Shown: in pieces, positions 40,151 to 54,268 of the stretch
Position numbering within the stretch: the stretch's first letter is position 1
Layout of the letters: the number at the start of each line of letters is the position of its first letter
Origin: Octopus sinensis
Lineage: Eukaryota
Assembly (NCBI RefSeq): GCF_006345805.1
Contig: NC_043011.1
Location: forward strand, 17,930,464 to 17,994,463
Direction: 5' to 3'
DNA length: 64,000 nt
Program-made: the position numbers and the translations under genes
Notes under the pieces: model-generated
The model's input: the letters and a program-made list of their open reading frames with translations, nothing else
What the model was told of the DNA's origin: nothing
Databases searched by the model: none

Positions 40151-42119
40151 AACGGTATCAGTGAAACTTTTCTTTCACGAGATTTATATGCACGTATTAT
40201 TCCGCCTAATAATTAATGTGACATCATACAATGAAATACAGAGAAGCAACGTAAATGATAAACATTGTTTCCTCATCAGATATATATATGAGTAATTTTT
40301 CATACATATGCTCTTCCGATTTTTAAGTACATTTTGTTGACCTTTATTTGGATAGAAATATTTTAGCGAACTTAAACGGATTTTTGGCAAACCTGTAAAC
40401 CAAATCCACACCCATCTCTCTGTATTACAGCCATTCCTACCTACATGAGTAGAATTACATTAGCCGATGTGGCGTTCGTTCTTTGAGTCGGCGTGACGCG
40501 AATTGATGGTTTTGTGACAATTCGGGCATATGAAACAACCACACAAAATATTCGAAAATGATTCTTTTTATTTTCCGAGTCACAGAAAGGGGTTCTTTTC
40601 CGTAAATTACACAAGCATCCTTCACTTTGAACCTCCTGGATCATAAAGCAGTCAGCGATCTAAACCAAAACCGTCGCATGTTTTTTTTCGCTTTTTTTTG
40701 TTATTTTTTAGTGTTAGCAACTAACTCTTTCAAATACTATTGTTTTAAATCTAGACCACGACACATCGAAATACGGAGGCCTGGGTCAATACGAATAAAT
40801 TTATAAGACGGCTGGATTGTCACTAATCAGATGTTTCATGTGCATGTAGAAATCAAAAATGAACATTAACAAGTATAATCATATCAAAACTATGTAGGAT
40901 CTATGTTGTGATCATCCGTCCTTTGAGAAAGAGACCAGACATCTCTCTCTCAAATCATTTATTGCACATAGAATATGATCCCAGCAGCAATTAATTTTAC
41001 AAGAATTTATACGAGACAAACAAAGACAGTTAAATTGCATGACTGCTAACAATAACAGTTTGACATTCTTATATTACGTGTTTATATACGCAGTAAATTG
41101 CTGCAGGAATCAGCAGGCAAGGAGGTTTTGTTACATGCGCCATGATATTTGTGCTTGTCGTTAAGGCAAATATTCAATACAACCGCATATGAGAGAGCTG
41201 CACATTCAGAATGTGTCGGTAGGTGAGAAAGCGTGTAACTCCAGTACTGGGCTGTATTTTTCGTTACTAATGAGTAAAAAGAATATCAGTAATGTTTCAA
41301 CTCAGAGCCCTGAGAAGATGGAGTAAATATCAAAATACATTTCCCTTGACAAAAGACCCCATTATTCTTTAAGAATTTCAATAGAAATTTAAAAACACGT
41401 TGTAGTGTAGTTTTTATAACACCAGGCATCACGCATGTTTAAGACGAACTTAATTTTGGACAGTCTTCTTCATATAACTAACGAATTCTGGTTATTTTTT
41501 GGTGGTTATTTTGTCTTTATACACGCTCATTATACGACGTCAAATATATAACATTACTGTGACAATATTTCATCAATATTTCAGTACGTACGTTTGGTAA
41601 GTTTAGCTGATTGAATAAGAATATAGTGTAATTGAAATGCCTTCTCTAATTCACCAAATATCAAATTGATGTGATTGATTTACTCGCAGTGTTTTTTCCA
41701 CACGTCCTTGCAATAAATACGTTAGCACTAAACTGAAAAATATTTTATTTTACGTAAGAATTTTTATGAATTATTTATTAGCTAAACAAGTCTAATTTAT
41801 TGCGTAAACCATATTTCCTATTTTCTTAAGTATGGCAATAATCGTAATTACTTGATAGGAACCTCAAACCAGTATTCGTATAACTGCCGAACTAATTAAA
41901 GTATTAGTCATTGATTAATATTCTGTTTTCGTTATTAGACAATGATATCTATTGAACTCGTTCAATGTCCCTCGTATTACATATTGTAATAATAACTTAT
42001 ATTGGTAGAGGCCGAAGGGGTTAAATATTTCGTATATTTCAATGAAGCTTGTTTGATTACATGTGAGTGGATTTGGTTGACGGAAATTGAAAGAAACCCG
42101 TCGTATATATGTACGTATA

Positions 42120-42320
42120 CTTTCTTACTCTCTAACTTGTTTCAGTCATTTGACTGCGGCCATGCTGGAGCATCGCCTTTAGTCGAGCAAATCGACCCCG
42201 GGACTTATTCTTTGTAAGCCCAGTACTTATTCTATTGGTCCCTTTTGCCGATAAGTGACGGGGATGTAAACACACAAGCATCGGTTGTCAAGCGATGTTG
42301 GGGCGAGGGGACAAACACAG

Positions 42321-42386
<66 letters not shown>

Positions 42387-42481
42387 TTACGACGGGCTTC
42401 TTTCAGTTTCCGTCTACCAAATCCACCCAAAAGGCATTGGTCGGTCCGGGGCTATAGTAGAAGACACATGCCGAAGATGTC

Positions 42482-42515
<34 letters not shown>

Positions 42516-42551
42516 GGCACAGGAGAGAGATAGCGAGATATATAGATAGGC

Positions 42552-42643
<92 letters not shown>

Positions 42644-42867
42644 GGTTGTGTGTGTGTGTATGATTGTGTGTCAGTGTTTGTCCCCACCAACATTGCTTGA
42701 CAACCGATGCTGGTGTGTTTATGTCCCCGTAACTTAGTGGTTCGGCAAAAGAGACCGATAGAATAAGTACTAGGCTTAACAAGAATAAGTCCTGGGGTTG
42801 ATTCGCTCGACTAAAGGTGGTGCTTCAGCATGGCCACTGTCAAATGACTGAAACAAGTAAAAGAGCA
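42120..42867. mobile_element. Two SINE family B copies in opposite orientation around (TA)n/(TAGA)n
   Basis: Minus copy at 42120-42482; plus 3'-half copy at about 42640-42867. (TAGA)n at 42540-42640. Confidence 0.8.
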
Positions 42868-43821
42868 TACGTTTATGAATTTATTTTGCGAGACATTTGA
42901 TGTTAAAGCGTGTTTTGAAACAGATATTGTTGTATTTCGGGATGTATTTTTGCCAAATAAACACACGCACTGAATATTTGTTCTTCACTCGTTTATTAAT
43001 GTTTTCATTCTAAGAATAGTAATAAATGTGTGAAAAGCAAATATATAGTGCGCATGCTCATTCGCCTCCCAACTTCAAAAAATAACCATCCCGACATACA
43101 AATTAACATTTATATTTGACGTTGCTTAACATTGCGCTTTCACACTTTTCCCTGTTAAAAATGTTCGTAAAGAATATTTTTGTTGATATTTTTATCATCA
43201 TTAGCTGTAGTAATTAATATGCATGAGATATATAAAAAAATGATGCACATCTTATCTATATAAATATGTTTAAGATTTGCCATCACATCACTAAACGTAC
43301 ATAAATCTATTGTAGCTTTACTATTGCACGAAATATATAATTAAACATAGTAGCTATGCATACAGACATTTATGTGAAATACAAAATTTCCCGCGTGCTC
43401 ACACACACAAATACTCAAACTCACACAAGGAAAAGACCAGACATGCATAATGGAAAATCCAGATTGTATAGCAATTTATTTCGAAAAAAAAAAATCGCAA
43501 AATTTGTTCAGACATAATTTGGCATTCGTGTATTAATGATTAATGCCGAAAGCAAAGATAACTAATTCGTGAATATTTAGATTTTATATTAATTAAGACC
43601 GAAGTCTAATAAGCGAATGTCCACTTCTTTTTATAATAAGCAGGATGTAGTTATGAATTTTCTGTAAATCCACATAAAGGGGCGACAGTGTAAAACTTCG
43701 TAACAGAGGAAATATTTTAATAATAGCGTGTGGGCCAAACGTCACGCGCCAAATCAGTCATTTTTGTTTATATTGGGTTACTATTATTATTATTATTATT
43801 AATATTATTATTATTATTATA

Positions 43822-43852
<31 letters not shown>

Positions 43853-43924
43853 TATTATTATTATTATCATTGTTGTTATTGTTATTGTTGTTATTATTAT
43901 TATTATTATTATTATTCAGTAGTT

Positions 43925-44840
43925 TTATTTTTATAGCGTGCTTTCACTTCACTACCGAGCGCAGCTCTGTGAGCCATGGCTATGTGCTGTGGTTTGCTGT
44001 GATGCTCTTATGGTTACTATATTGCATGTGTTTTGCGTAGGATGTGTGCAGTGCCCAGTAGTGCAATTTTCTGTATGTTATATATATTTGTAAGTTCTGG
44101 TGTTACGTATTTGTCTGAATAGTTTTTTATCGTACCTAATGCGCCCACTATGATAGGAATTGATTCTGTTTTTAGATTTCATATTCGAGTTACCTCTATT
44201 TGCAGGTCTTTGTATTTTGAGAGTTTCTCCATTCCTTTTAGAGACACGTTGTCATCTGCTGGTATTGATACATCAATTAGAAAGCAATTTTTTCCTTCAT
44301 GGTCTCTGACAACTTTATCTGGCCTATTGGCCTTAATTTTTCTATCTGTGTGTATTGACATATCCAATATTGTGGTTGCTCTCTCGTTTTCTGTGACCTT
44401 TTCTCTCGTGTGCTTATACAATTTTTGTTCTGTTGTTATTCTATAGTGTTGGCATAGCTTCCATTGTATAAAGATTCCAAATGTGTCGTTTCTGTGAATA
44501 TATTTCTTCTTAGCCACGGCTGGGCAGCCAGAGATAATATGATTTATTGTTTCTTGTCCATTTCAAATATCATGCAGTTATTTATGTTTCTTTTCATTGT
44601 ATTTTTTTCGTAATTTCTGGTGGGGAGGCTTTGGTCTTGTGCTGTAATTAAAAATCCTTCAGTCTCCGCTTGAGTCCTGAGCTTCTCAGCTATTGCTGGG
44701 ATTTCTCTCTATCTATTTCTTTTGCGTTTAGTTTAGCCCAGTATTTGCCATGAAGGGGCTTTTCTTGCCATCATTTTATCAAGTTCCGTTGCTGTTCTAG
44801 TTTTAGTTTGGGTTTCAATTGCTTTATAGATTTTGTTGTT
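43925..44840 (-). mobile_element. Dong/R4-type non-LTR 3' end (CCHC plus restriction-like endonuclease) with (TAA)n tail
   Basis: SETEGFLITAQDQ, ETINHIISGCP, TDRKIKANRPD, CFLIDVSIP, KLSKYKDL. The tail is the 43780-43918 (ATT)n tract. Confidence 0.9.
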
Positions 44841-44918
44841 TCATTTTCTTCATATTTGTTAGGTAAGTCTAAAAATACACCGGACAATTTTATCATCTGT
44901 CAAGTCTCAACAAGGACC

Positions 44919-45770
44919 TCAAACAGATAATGCATTCCGTAAGATGTACGCTGTGCCCCATAAGACTGCTATTTGCAATATTTCCATCTTGCATGGGATT
45001 TCCAGTTGACTTAAAAAGTTTTGAAGCTTGAATTGGATTGAGGCCAACGCTCCGATCATCACTGGTATCACTCTTACATTACCATCTAGCATTCGATACC
45101 GTCTTGCCATTTCCACTTTCAATTCGGAGTGCTTGGTGAATTTTTCAAACTCTTTACTCACAACATTCATATCATTTGGTATGGCTACATCAATGATCTG
45201 ACAGAGGTTGTTTCTCTTATTCAATACGACGTTATCGGGCCGATGCTGTTTGATTACATGATCCTTCTGAAAATCATCGTTCCAGAGTGTAGTTACATTT
45301 CCCATCCTCTTGCATACCTTTACTCGGTACATGCTCATACCAGTTCTCTGTTACTTAATATTGGCATTCACGGCATAAGAACCAATGACGATACACATAC
45401 AATTTATCGTGGCAGCACTTGTATTCTCTTTTCTGCAAGGCTCTCACATCCACTTACCGAGTGGGTCACATTTTCCACACTCTTTCCTCAGAGTCTGCAT
45501 TTCTGAGTGTCAGAGGTTTTATACATGTTATACATCGCTGAGTTGGTAGCGAGTGCCAGGTCTTGTGCAGCAATGATCAGGCTTTCGTCCGTACGCTTCA
45601 AATCACCTCGCTCGAGCCATGACTACGATGCAGTTTTATCCTTAACGCATTCCTTTCAAACTGCCCATGAATTCTTATTTCAGGTATTCGTTTCTCTTCT
45701 CCTCAGCTCTTTGGTTAAACTCGTCCTTGCCCATCATTTCATCTTCATTTACACCCGTGGAATTAAAGTG
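44919..45770 (-). mobile_element. Second, different Dong/R4-type 3' fragment
   Basis: GDLKRTDESLIIAAQD, KQHRPDNVVL, CQIIDVAIPND, KFTKHSELKVE, VIPVMIGALASI, AVLWGTAYILR. Confidence 0.85.
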
Positions 45771-47651
45771 AGTACCAGTATTTTAAATTTAGTTGAAAAT
45801 AAAAAGAAAGAAAAAAGTAGCGATCTGGCATCATCGTTAACGTTCCACGCAAAATCCTTAGCGTGCAAGTTTCCGCCGGGTGACGACTTTGACATTCATT
45901 ATTTCTGAGTCGATAAAATAAATACCATTTGAGCAGTAGGGTCGATGAAATCGACATACGCTGCCTCAACCCCTCACACTTACCGAACTTGCTGACTCTG
46001 TGCCAAAATCTGAAAATGGTATTTTACTTATAAATGAGAATGTAAACGCAATGGTTTAGATATCACATATTAATAATTAAAGTAGCCTGAATATTTATCA
46101 AAGTGCCAAGCTGCCTGATTTGCAATATTTCGTTCAAAGTTGGATAAAAGTGATTGTAAATCGTTGCACACGACACAGCTTTCATTCTTTTTTATTCTTC
46201 GTCAATATTTCATTTGCTATGCTAAATATATTTCACACCATATTTGAAGAAGAGTAGTTGAACAACTAACATTACTTGGCTGCAATCCACATGTATGGTA
46301 GTTTATTTTGTATTTCAACTACATTTCACACACGTTTTTACTGTCAAAACTCATCTTTACGCCAAACAAATTGTGACTCTGTTTAAACATTCTCTGTTGT
46401 TTATAATTTGTACACAAATACGTTTGCTGTCCTGTTAACATTTTTCAGTTTAACCGGTTCAGTAAATCTGTTCTCAAATTTATTCTATCAGTTATTATAA
46501 GTCAGCACAGTAGATGTTCCGATAACGGTCTGTAAATATTTGTGAAATACATTCCCTTTAATGTATATAACATAATATAGCAATGCCATACTTTGCTCTG
46601 CAGTTTGATTTTTATCATAAATATTAACTTGTGGTCAAATAAGTGGGAAATAGTAAAAAAAAAAAAAAAATACGTGCGCCAAATTTTAGAAACATGAATA
46701 AATACTTATTTTAAATAAATTATGTCGAAAGAAGTATAACACGTTTTTCATGATATCGGATGCTACTCAGGCGTGCAGCCATGTGCAGGTAAACTTAAGT
46801 GGTTGAAATTACCCGTGAAAGTCTCCTCGTTTTTTTCCAGCCAAAAGTATTTTCTATTTAATGATGTTTGTTTCTACTTTGCATTGAATACGATGCACGT
46901 TTTTGGAATAAACAAACGAAACATAAATTCATTGCTATATTTACAGAAAATCGAAGATATTTTGATATGGAACATTACACATCGATTACATTAGGCTTAA
47001 AATCAGGACGTTATATTTCTTTCACAATGTGACCATAATTTTATTGTCTTCAACAGTTATAGGGAATATATTTGAATTGTGGTTTAGTTGTGCTAAAGTT
47101 ATTCTTACAAAATCACGATGGTCTAATTGTTGGAAACAAATGTGTGCCCATCACAGTGTGAATTGTTGGATACTCGAAACAGAAATTACTCCCTAGTTAT
47201 CTTGATTAAGAGTCGCTACATTTAACAACACATGTTTGAAATGATAGATCAAATTTTTGGCGTTTCACTCGACGGTCAATAAGTGTATCTGTCATTCTCC
47301 TACCGACACAACTTATTTACTCTTCATTTCCAGTGCTGAGATATCAGAGAATGTATGAATCAAATACGAGCCGAAACATTTGTTGATTATATTACTTAAA
47401 TGAGCAGGTAACAAATAAATCTTTACAACCTTAAGCTTTTTTCATTGCCATTTCCTGAATAACAACTTCCATCATTCCAATGAGTTGTTTTAGCAGCTCC
47501 AAGAGAAAACTAGGCCTTCTTTTCTAGTAGTAAATACTTTGAGCCAGATTTTAAGGCAAGAGAACGTGAAAATACCAACACTTAAATTTCAATATCTGAC
47601 ACTGATTTATATTATTTTGGTCGGGACCAGTTGAAATGCGCTCACTTTCGG

Positions 47652-47916
47652 GGGAGTTTAAATACTTATTTCTTTACTACCCACAAAGAGCTAAACACAG
47701 AGGGGACAAACAAGGACAGCCAAACAGACAAACTGATTACATCGACCCCAGTGCGTAACTGGTACTAAACTTATCGACCCCGAAAGGATGAAAGGCAAGG
47801 TCGACCTCGACGGATTTTGAACTCAGAACGTTACGGCAGACGAAATACCGCTAAGCATTTTGCCGGAGTGCTAACGTTTCTGCCAGCTCGGCGCCTTAAA
47901 AAGGGAGTTTAAATAC
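47652..47916 (-). mobile_element. SINE family A monomer with 14-bp target-site duplication
   Basis: gggagtttaaatac at 47652-47665 and 47903-47916 flanks a complete SINE. Confidence 0.9.
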
Positions 47917-48910
47917 AACTACAGGAACACTCCTCCACTTTTCAAACTCAGTATATTGAATGTAATGGGTGCATGTTTGCGCGTGTGTGTGGGTGTGTGC
48001 GCGTGTTTGTGTATGTGTGTGTGTGTGTGTGTTATAGAAAAATATATTGCAAAAAACAGATTAGCTTAAAATGTCAAATTCATCAACTAATTAGAAAAAG
48101 ATAATTGCATTAAAATGAATTATCTGGTTTACTTTCTGCGTCTGTTCCCAGTTTACTGCAAAATTTGCTACAGCAAATTACTCGCTACAAAGATGTTTAT
48201 GGCGAATTTTGAAGACACAATCTCTGTATACATGGGAATTATCTTTCCTTATGAATATGAAATAGTGAATCTCCACAATATAACATTTTACTTCTTTTTT
48301 TATTAAGTATACGCAGAGATTAACAATACATTTGGAATATTAAATTACCTGGCGTCTCGGATATTTAAGACCCATTATGATTTATCGTCGAATGAAATGT
48401 GTCTTTCGTAGCTGTATTATTTACTGGAAAAAAAATTATCATGAATCATAAAAAATATATTCCTATTCATGGTAATTTTGTTTGTGATTTCGATTATTGA
48501 CATCACAATCAGAAAATGATAACGCAGCTATCATATAAAGAGCAGATTAAGCATAGAATATAGATCAATAATAAAATAAATAGCACAGCATTGCATTCTT
48601 ATGAAACGCCTTAATAAGTAAGTAATGCCAGATGTTATGACCAAACAATTTTCTGACTGCTGCAAGGAAACTGAGATAATTAGTTGGGAAATATAAAATC
48701 AAACTAAGAAATAAAGAAAAAGTGTTCTGACGGTTGTCGCACATAATAAAAGAACATTGGTAATAACTGTAACAATAATATTAACAAACGCCATAAAAAT
48801 ACTTTTAACACTCAAAACCGTAAGCGGAAAGACACTAAAAAGAAAATGTCAACATCTGAAAACAAAATGAAAATTAAAAAAATAGTAAAAACGTATAAAA
48901 TGTATTCCCC

Positions 48911-48955
<45 letters not shown>

Positions 48956-49056
48956 TATATATTTATATAGAAAAATAGAGAAGGAAACAAGGTGAAATTT
49001 TACCGGTGTGTGTGTTATAAGACACTAAAAGAGAATGACTCTCCCCAGACACAACA

Positions 49057-49095
<39 letters not shown>

Positions 49096-49589
49096 CATAT
49101 ATATATCAATACACAGACACGCATATATGCAGTCGCAAACATAGACAGGGAGAGACACACACACACACACACACACACAACGGAACAGCGTTAAAAGGCG
49201 AGAAAGAGAAGTATATGTGTGCGTATGTGTCTGTGTATGCGAATGTGTATATGTGTGTGTGTGTGCGTTGGTGAGTGAATTACAACATTGTTTGCAAGCA
49301 TCACTGTGTATATTTATGCACAGAAAGAAATAATTGCAAAATGATTTCACGGACATTCCCATACACGCACACCACACACAGTCACAAGCATACAAATATA
49401 GAAGAAAATTCGTTTGGGTAGAGTGTTGCGTTCATGATCGCCTGATCGCAGTTTCCATTCCTGGACTATGCAATGCACTGCGTTCTTGACCCCAAAATTT
49501 CATAACAGCTTACGCTATGTTCACACTGACCCTGATTGTGCAACTGTACTAGCGGTTTTGCTGAAAAATACAAATGTATATAATATATA

Positions 49590-49790
49590 GTTAATCCAAA
49601 CATGAAACTACTAAGAGAAAAGACAACAACTCGAGGACGTGGCACAAGTATAGTATTATTGGACGCTCAGGAAAGAAGAAAAGAAGGATGGTTCAACGTT
49701 TCGAGCGGAGCACTTCGTCAGAAACATAGGAAAAGGAAAGATCCATAGAAGGGAAGACGGAGGAAACAAAATCGCCAACGGTACACACGT
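49590..49790 (-). mobile_element. Solo PLE pseudo-LTR with minimal hammerhead (49691-49725)
   Basis: Minus strand reads GTTT-CTGACGA-A-GTG-CTCCG-CTC-GAAAC-GTT-GAAC, with palindromic stem III ACGT. TA-rich flanks. Confidence 0.6.
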
Positions 49791-49814
49791 TGCCACTTCT
49801 TTATATATATATAT

Positions 49815-50256
49815 ACTAGCCTAAATACCCGGCGTTGCTCGGAGGTTTAGAGAATTGAATATATATATATATATACATCCTGATATGAAATATATTTTCA
49901 GAAAAATTCTATCAAATGCCGTGAGTATAAACGAAGTTATTAAAAGAAAGCCTGAAATCAGTTACAGTTTGCTTTTGGAGAATTTCTAAACATACAATAT
50001 TTTCAGTTTCTTCTTCAATTGGTGTTCAAAGAATATGAATTTTTGAACTTCCAGCTCGCGAACATCCTACATATAATTGCCTATGAGAGAAGCAAGGAGA
50101 AAGAAGGTTATCCCAACAACGTTGAGAGATTGTGCTTGAGATTTGTATATGGACATAATACTATGTTTCACTGGAAACTGGAACGGTTTAAATTCACATA
50201 GGACGTTAGATGGGATTAATGAGAATCGTGAAATGAAGACATTGTCACTCTTATAT
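49815..50256 (+). mobile_element. Possible non-autonomous Helitron-like element
   Basis: 5' actagc...acccggcgttgctcgg resembles the subterminal motif of short invertebrate Helitron-derived elements. TA insertion site. Confidence 0.4.
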
Positions 50257-51094
50257 TTCCCAAGAGAAATGAATTTTGGCTATAAGGACTAAACCTCTTA
50301 TTTCATTATCACAATTTAAAAGCGTTTATATTAACTTTAAAAAAGAGTTGGGATCGTAGACGTATGACGAAGAACTTTTCAATATTGTGTTTGTTGCTAT
50401 CGGAATTGTCTACCTTTAAAGCGAAAAAACAAAACCAACGTATACGACAGGTATGCCAAACATGTGTTTATATGCTTATGGTGTATGTGTTTATATACTT
50501 ATAGTAATAGACATGTATGTGTGCTTCTGTGTGTAAATCTGATTGTGCGTGTGTCTATTTTTCATCTATACAGCGTAAATGCAAAGCAAATAAATGCATA
50601 CTATACGTAGTATTTAAATGTAGAAGTAGATATTTCTTAACATTTCACACGAAGTAAATCTATAGAGTGTGGGGTGTAAATATGTAAATATTTATTAAAC
50701 AACAGGAAAAATGAATCCCAAATATACCACAGAAATAAGATCTTTTTTATATTTAACACAACTTATGTTACATGCTATCATTTACATTCGTTGAATCAGT
50801 CCAGAAATATACAATTGAAGTATACAACTCCCGGCTTAGTGTTTTCGTAAACCGAACGAATAGTCAGCATAAAATTGTACCGATAGCGGGTAACGGACTG
50901 CAAATATCCCTTTATATACAATATACGAATCCATTGTATTTATAATAAATAACATAATTACGTCTTTTCTTCGTATTTCTTTGCATTTCGTACTCATTAT
51001 ATATGAGTGCGCGTATGTATATAAGTGTAGGCATGTGTATGTGCGTTTGTGTGGGTGTCCCTGAGAATATGTGTGTTTATATATGCGTATATGC

Positions 51095-51133
<39 letters not shown>

Positions 51134-52700
51134 TAGAAAATTACCCTTTAAAAGGTAATTTTTACATGCTAGAAATAGCAGCCAACACGGCCAAAACCAA
51201 AATTTAATAGCAAATTTCGAAGTAAATGAAAAATAAAAACTTTTACCTTGTTATTTAACGGTTATACCATGGTTTCGAATTTCTTACAAATAATATTGCT
51301 TGCCATCCTTTAATAGGTAGTTTAGCAAAACAATATTATCCACCAGGCGAAATCTCGTCAGTAACCGGCCTTTAATAACTAACTAATAATTCAGAGACAA
51401 GGTAACACGTGTCCCATCATTATAGGTTATAATCTTTCAAAATACCGCGCGCAAGCGCATTTATATATATATGCATACATTCATATGTATGTATACACAC
51501 ATATATGTTATACATTGGTGAGATCATTATAATGCATATTGAATAGATACTTATGCTAGGAAGTTATCTGTAATATAATGTAAACTGTGGTGGATAGAGA
51601 AGGGTAGGTAATAGGATATCTGGTTTTAAGTGTATAATATGAGAACCATACTAATAGTTCATTTTGTCAATGGAGAACCTTTACTATATTCAAAATATTG
51701 TAATATCAATAGTTCCCTGGTGGAAACATTAGAGCAGAATAACTTAATAAACGTGGCTCATGATGATGATAACTGTATGCCGAAAAATCAACTCGTCAAC
51801 TAGTGTAAAAGCGGTAGACAAATGTCTTTTGTGAGAAAGGAAATACGTTTTGCTTACTACAGAAAAGTGAATAATTTTTGTTGTGGATTTTCACTTACGC
51901 AGCAAAATGTATTTCTTGAAGTGATATAAAAGAATATATATTGCTTTTATCTTTTCTATTTCGCTAATGATATCTACATGCGATATTTATCTTGGCGTGA
52001 ACATTTGAACAAATCATGTTACTGGGTACATCAGTCTAGCACTTGCTTTCAAATGTCTACATATTTGTTAATCATTTGTATATATTGTCGCTGTAAATAT
52101 TTGTTCATATACATCTTGGAGTATATGAATGTATGTGTATGTGAAAGTACTAACGCATATTTTTTGCGACCACACAGACGGATTTAAAAGACATTTGTAG
52201 ATTCCATATAAATATAATAATAGATGATTTGGCTTTCAGAGGCAGCAATATTTTGTTAAAATACTTCGTTACAATAATACTACGGAGAGAGTTTATCGGT
52301 CTCTGTAAAAGTATTTATATGCGTGTGGGTGTGTTGAATTCTGTGCACGCGTCTGGTAAAAGGATTGTTTATGTTAGTTCATATGATGTAAAGATACACT
52401 GAACATTTTATTTCAGAAGCTACAGTCCACAAGTTCTTCGGTAGTACAAATGTTTTACAGCTTCCATCAGCTTTGAAAGCGACTGGAATATTCTCTAGCA
52501 CACAAGCACACACACAATCAGACACGCACACACACGCACACACGCACACACAAACACACCATTTATATATACATATACATATATATATATATATATATTT
52601 GATTATATATACGTATATATCTATATAAACATATATATGAATATATGAATATATATTAATATATTATATATACATATGTACATACATATATATATATATA

Positions 52701-53740
52701 GCTTAGTTTTTCCTTGGGGCTGGCCGGATCGGAGCGATCTCAAGATTAATCAGCCGAAATTGCTACGATGATCCGGTTCTTGACTGAAGATTGAGGGCTT
52801 CGAATGTCCCGTCCGTGTTTTTTGTATCGCCTTCTAAGTGTTTTCTGTTCTTGTCCCAGTTTGTATTTTTCTACATATAATAATAATATATTTGGCGGCG
52901 TCCGTACCATCGTTGGCACTTATGTGAGTACATATTCCTGTAAATTTGGTACGACTCTACACACTGTCTCTCTCTCCTACATTTCTCTGCCATTCACACT
53001 TTGCATTCTACTTTGATCTGTCCCCTTCTCTCTTTCTCTCTCTCTCTCTACTTCTCCTCCTTTTCTCTTTTCTTGCCTCTGATTCTTTGGTCTACTCTTC
53101 CCCCACTCTCACATTTCTCTGTCTTTCTTACTTTGCACATACAAGTCAATCTTTGCCACGCACTCTTTCTTCTCCCCTCTCTAATTCCTTCTTTTTCTCT
53201 CTCTTCTCTGCCCTTTGCTGCCTTCGTCCCTCTTTTCCTCTCTCTCTTTGTTTCTTTGCCCCCTTTCTTTTCTCTCTTTTCTGTCACGTGACTGCTGGCC
53301 AAATCAGCCTTTTGGCCTCCGACCAGCGCCGTGAGAACATCGTTGTCTTTGTCTGCCGAAAAGGCATTTTTTCCAAAATACGCCAGCTAAACTTGTTGCA
53401 CTTTTATTAGACGTAAGACACCTGCTGTTTTCGTCCTGTTTTTACCATTATTGCTTTTTGTATTTCATTATTGTTATTGTATTTTATATTTGTGTGGCAT
53501 CGTCCGTTTTTCTGTCCCTGTTTCGTATACATTCGATCCTTCTTCCAAGAAATTTAATGCTCGTAGCTTAGTTTTTCCTTGAGGCTGGCCGGATCGGAGC
53601 GATCTCAAGATTAATCAGCCGAAATTGCTACGATGATCCGGTTCTTGACTGAAGATTGAGGGCTTCGAATGTCCCGTCCGTGTTGTTTGTATCGTCTTCT
53701 AAGTGTTTTGCGTTCTTGTCCAAGTTTATATTTTTCTACA
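52701..53740 (+). mobile_element. About 1-kb non-coding element bounded by 175-bp direct repeats
   Basis: 52701-52875 and 53566-53740 are about 95% identical. The interior has a CT-rich tract. Flanked by (TA)n and (TAA)n(TA)n. Confidence 0.75.
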
Positions 53741-53778
53741 TATAATAATAATAATAATATAATAATAATAATAATAAT

Positions 53779-53847
<69 letters not shown>

Positions 53848-54178
53848 ATATATACATATCTACATTTATGTATATCGCATCTATTAAGCAAAAATGTCGT
53901 AAGTTCAAAACTTTGCTTTTTAATAAAATGAAAAGTTACTTTAACCATTCCATATCAAAACCGTTGTACTACTCTTTGCCAATTTTTGATATCTTGGCAT
54001 CTGAAGCAACTTGATATGTGATAGTTTGACCAAAAGAATCGGGTATTGTAAGTAAAAATAAATATTGAAAAAGATACATTTGACCAAATTTGGACGTACG
54101 AAATTTTAACGTAATAGCAAATATATATATATTTATATGTATGTATGTACGTATGCATGTATGTATGTATGTATTTAA

Positions 54179-54268
<90 letters not shown>

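Noticed and set aside
52720-52815. Hammerhead in the 175-bp direct repeat
   Set aside because: CTGAAGA is followed by CGAAT, not GAAA, in all three copies, and the GAAA-adjacent hairpin lacks an upstream CUGANGA.
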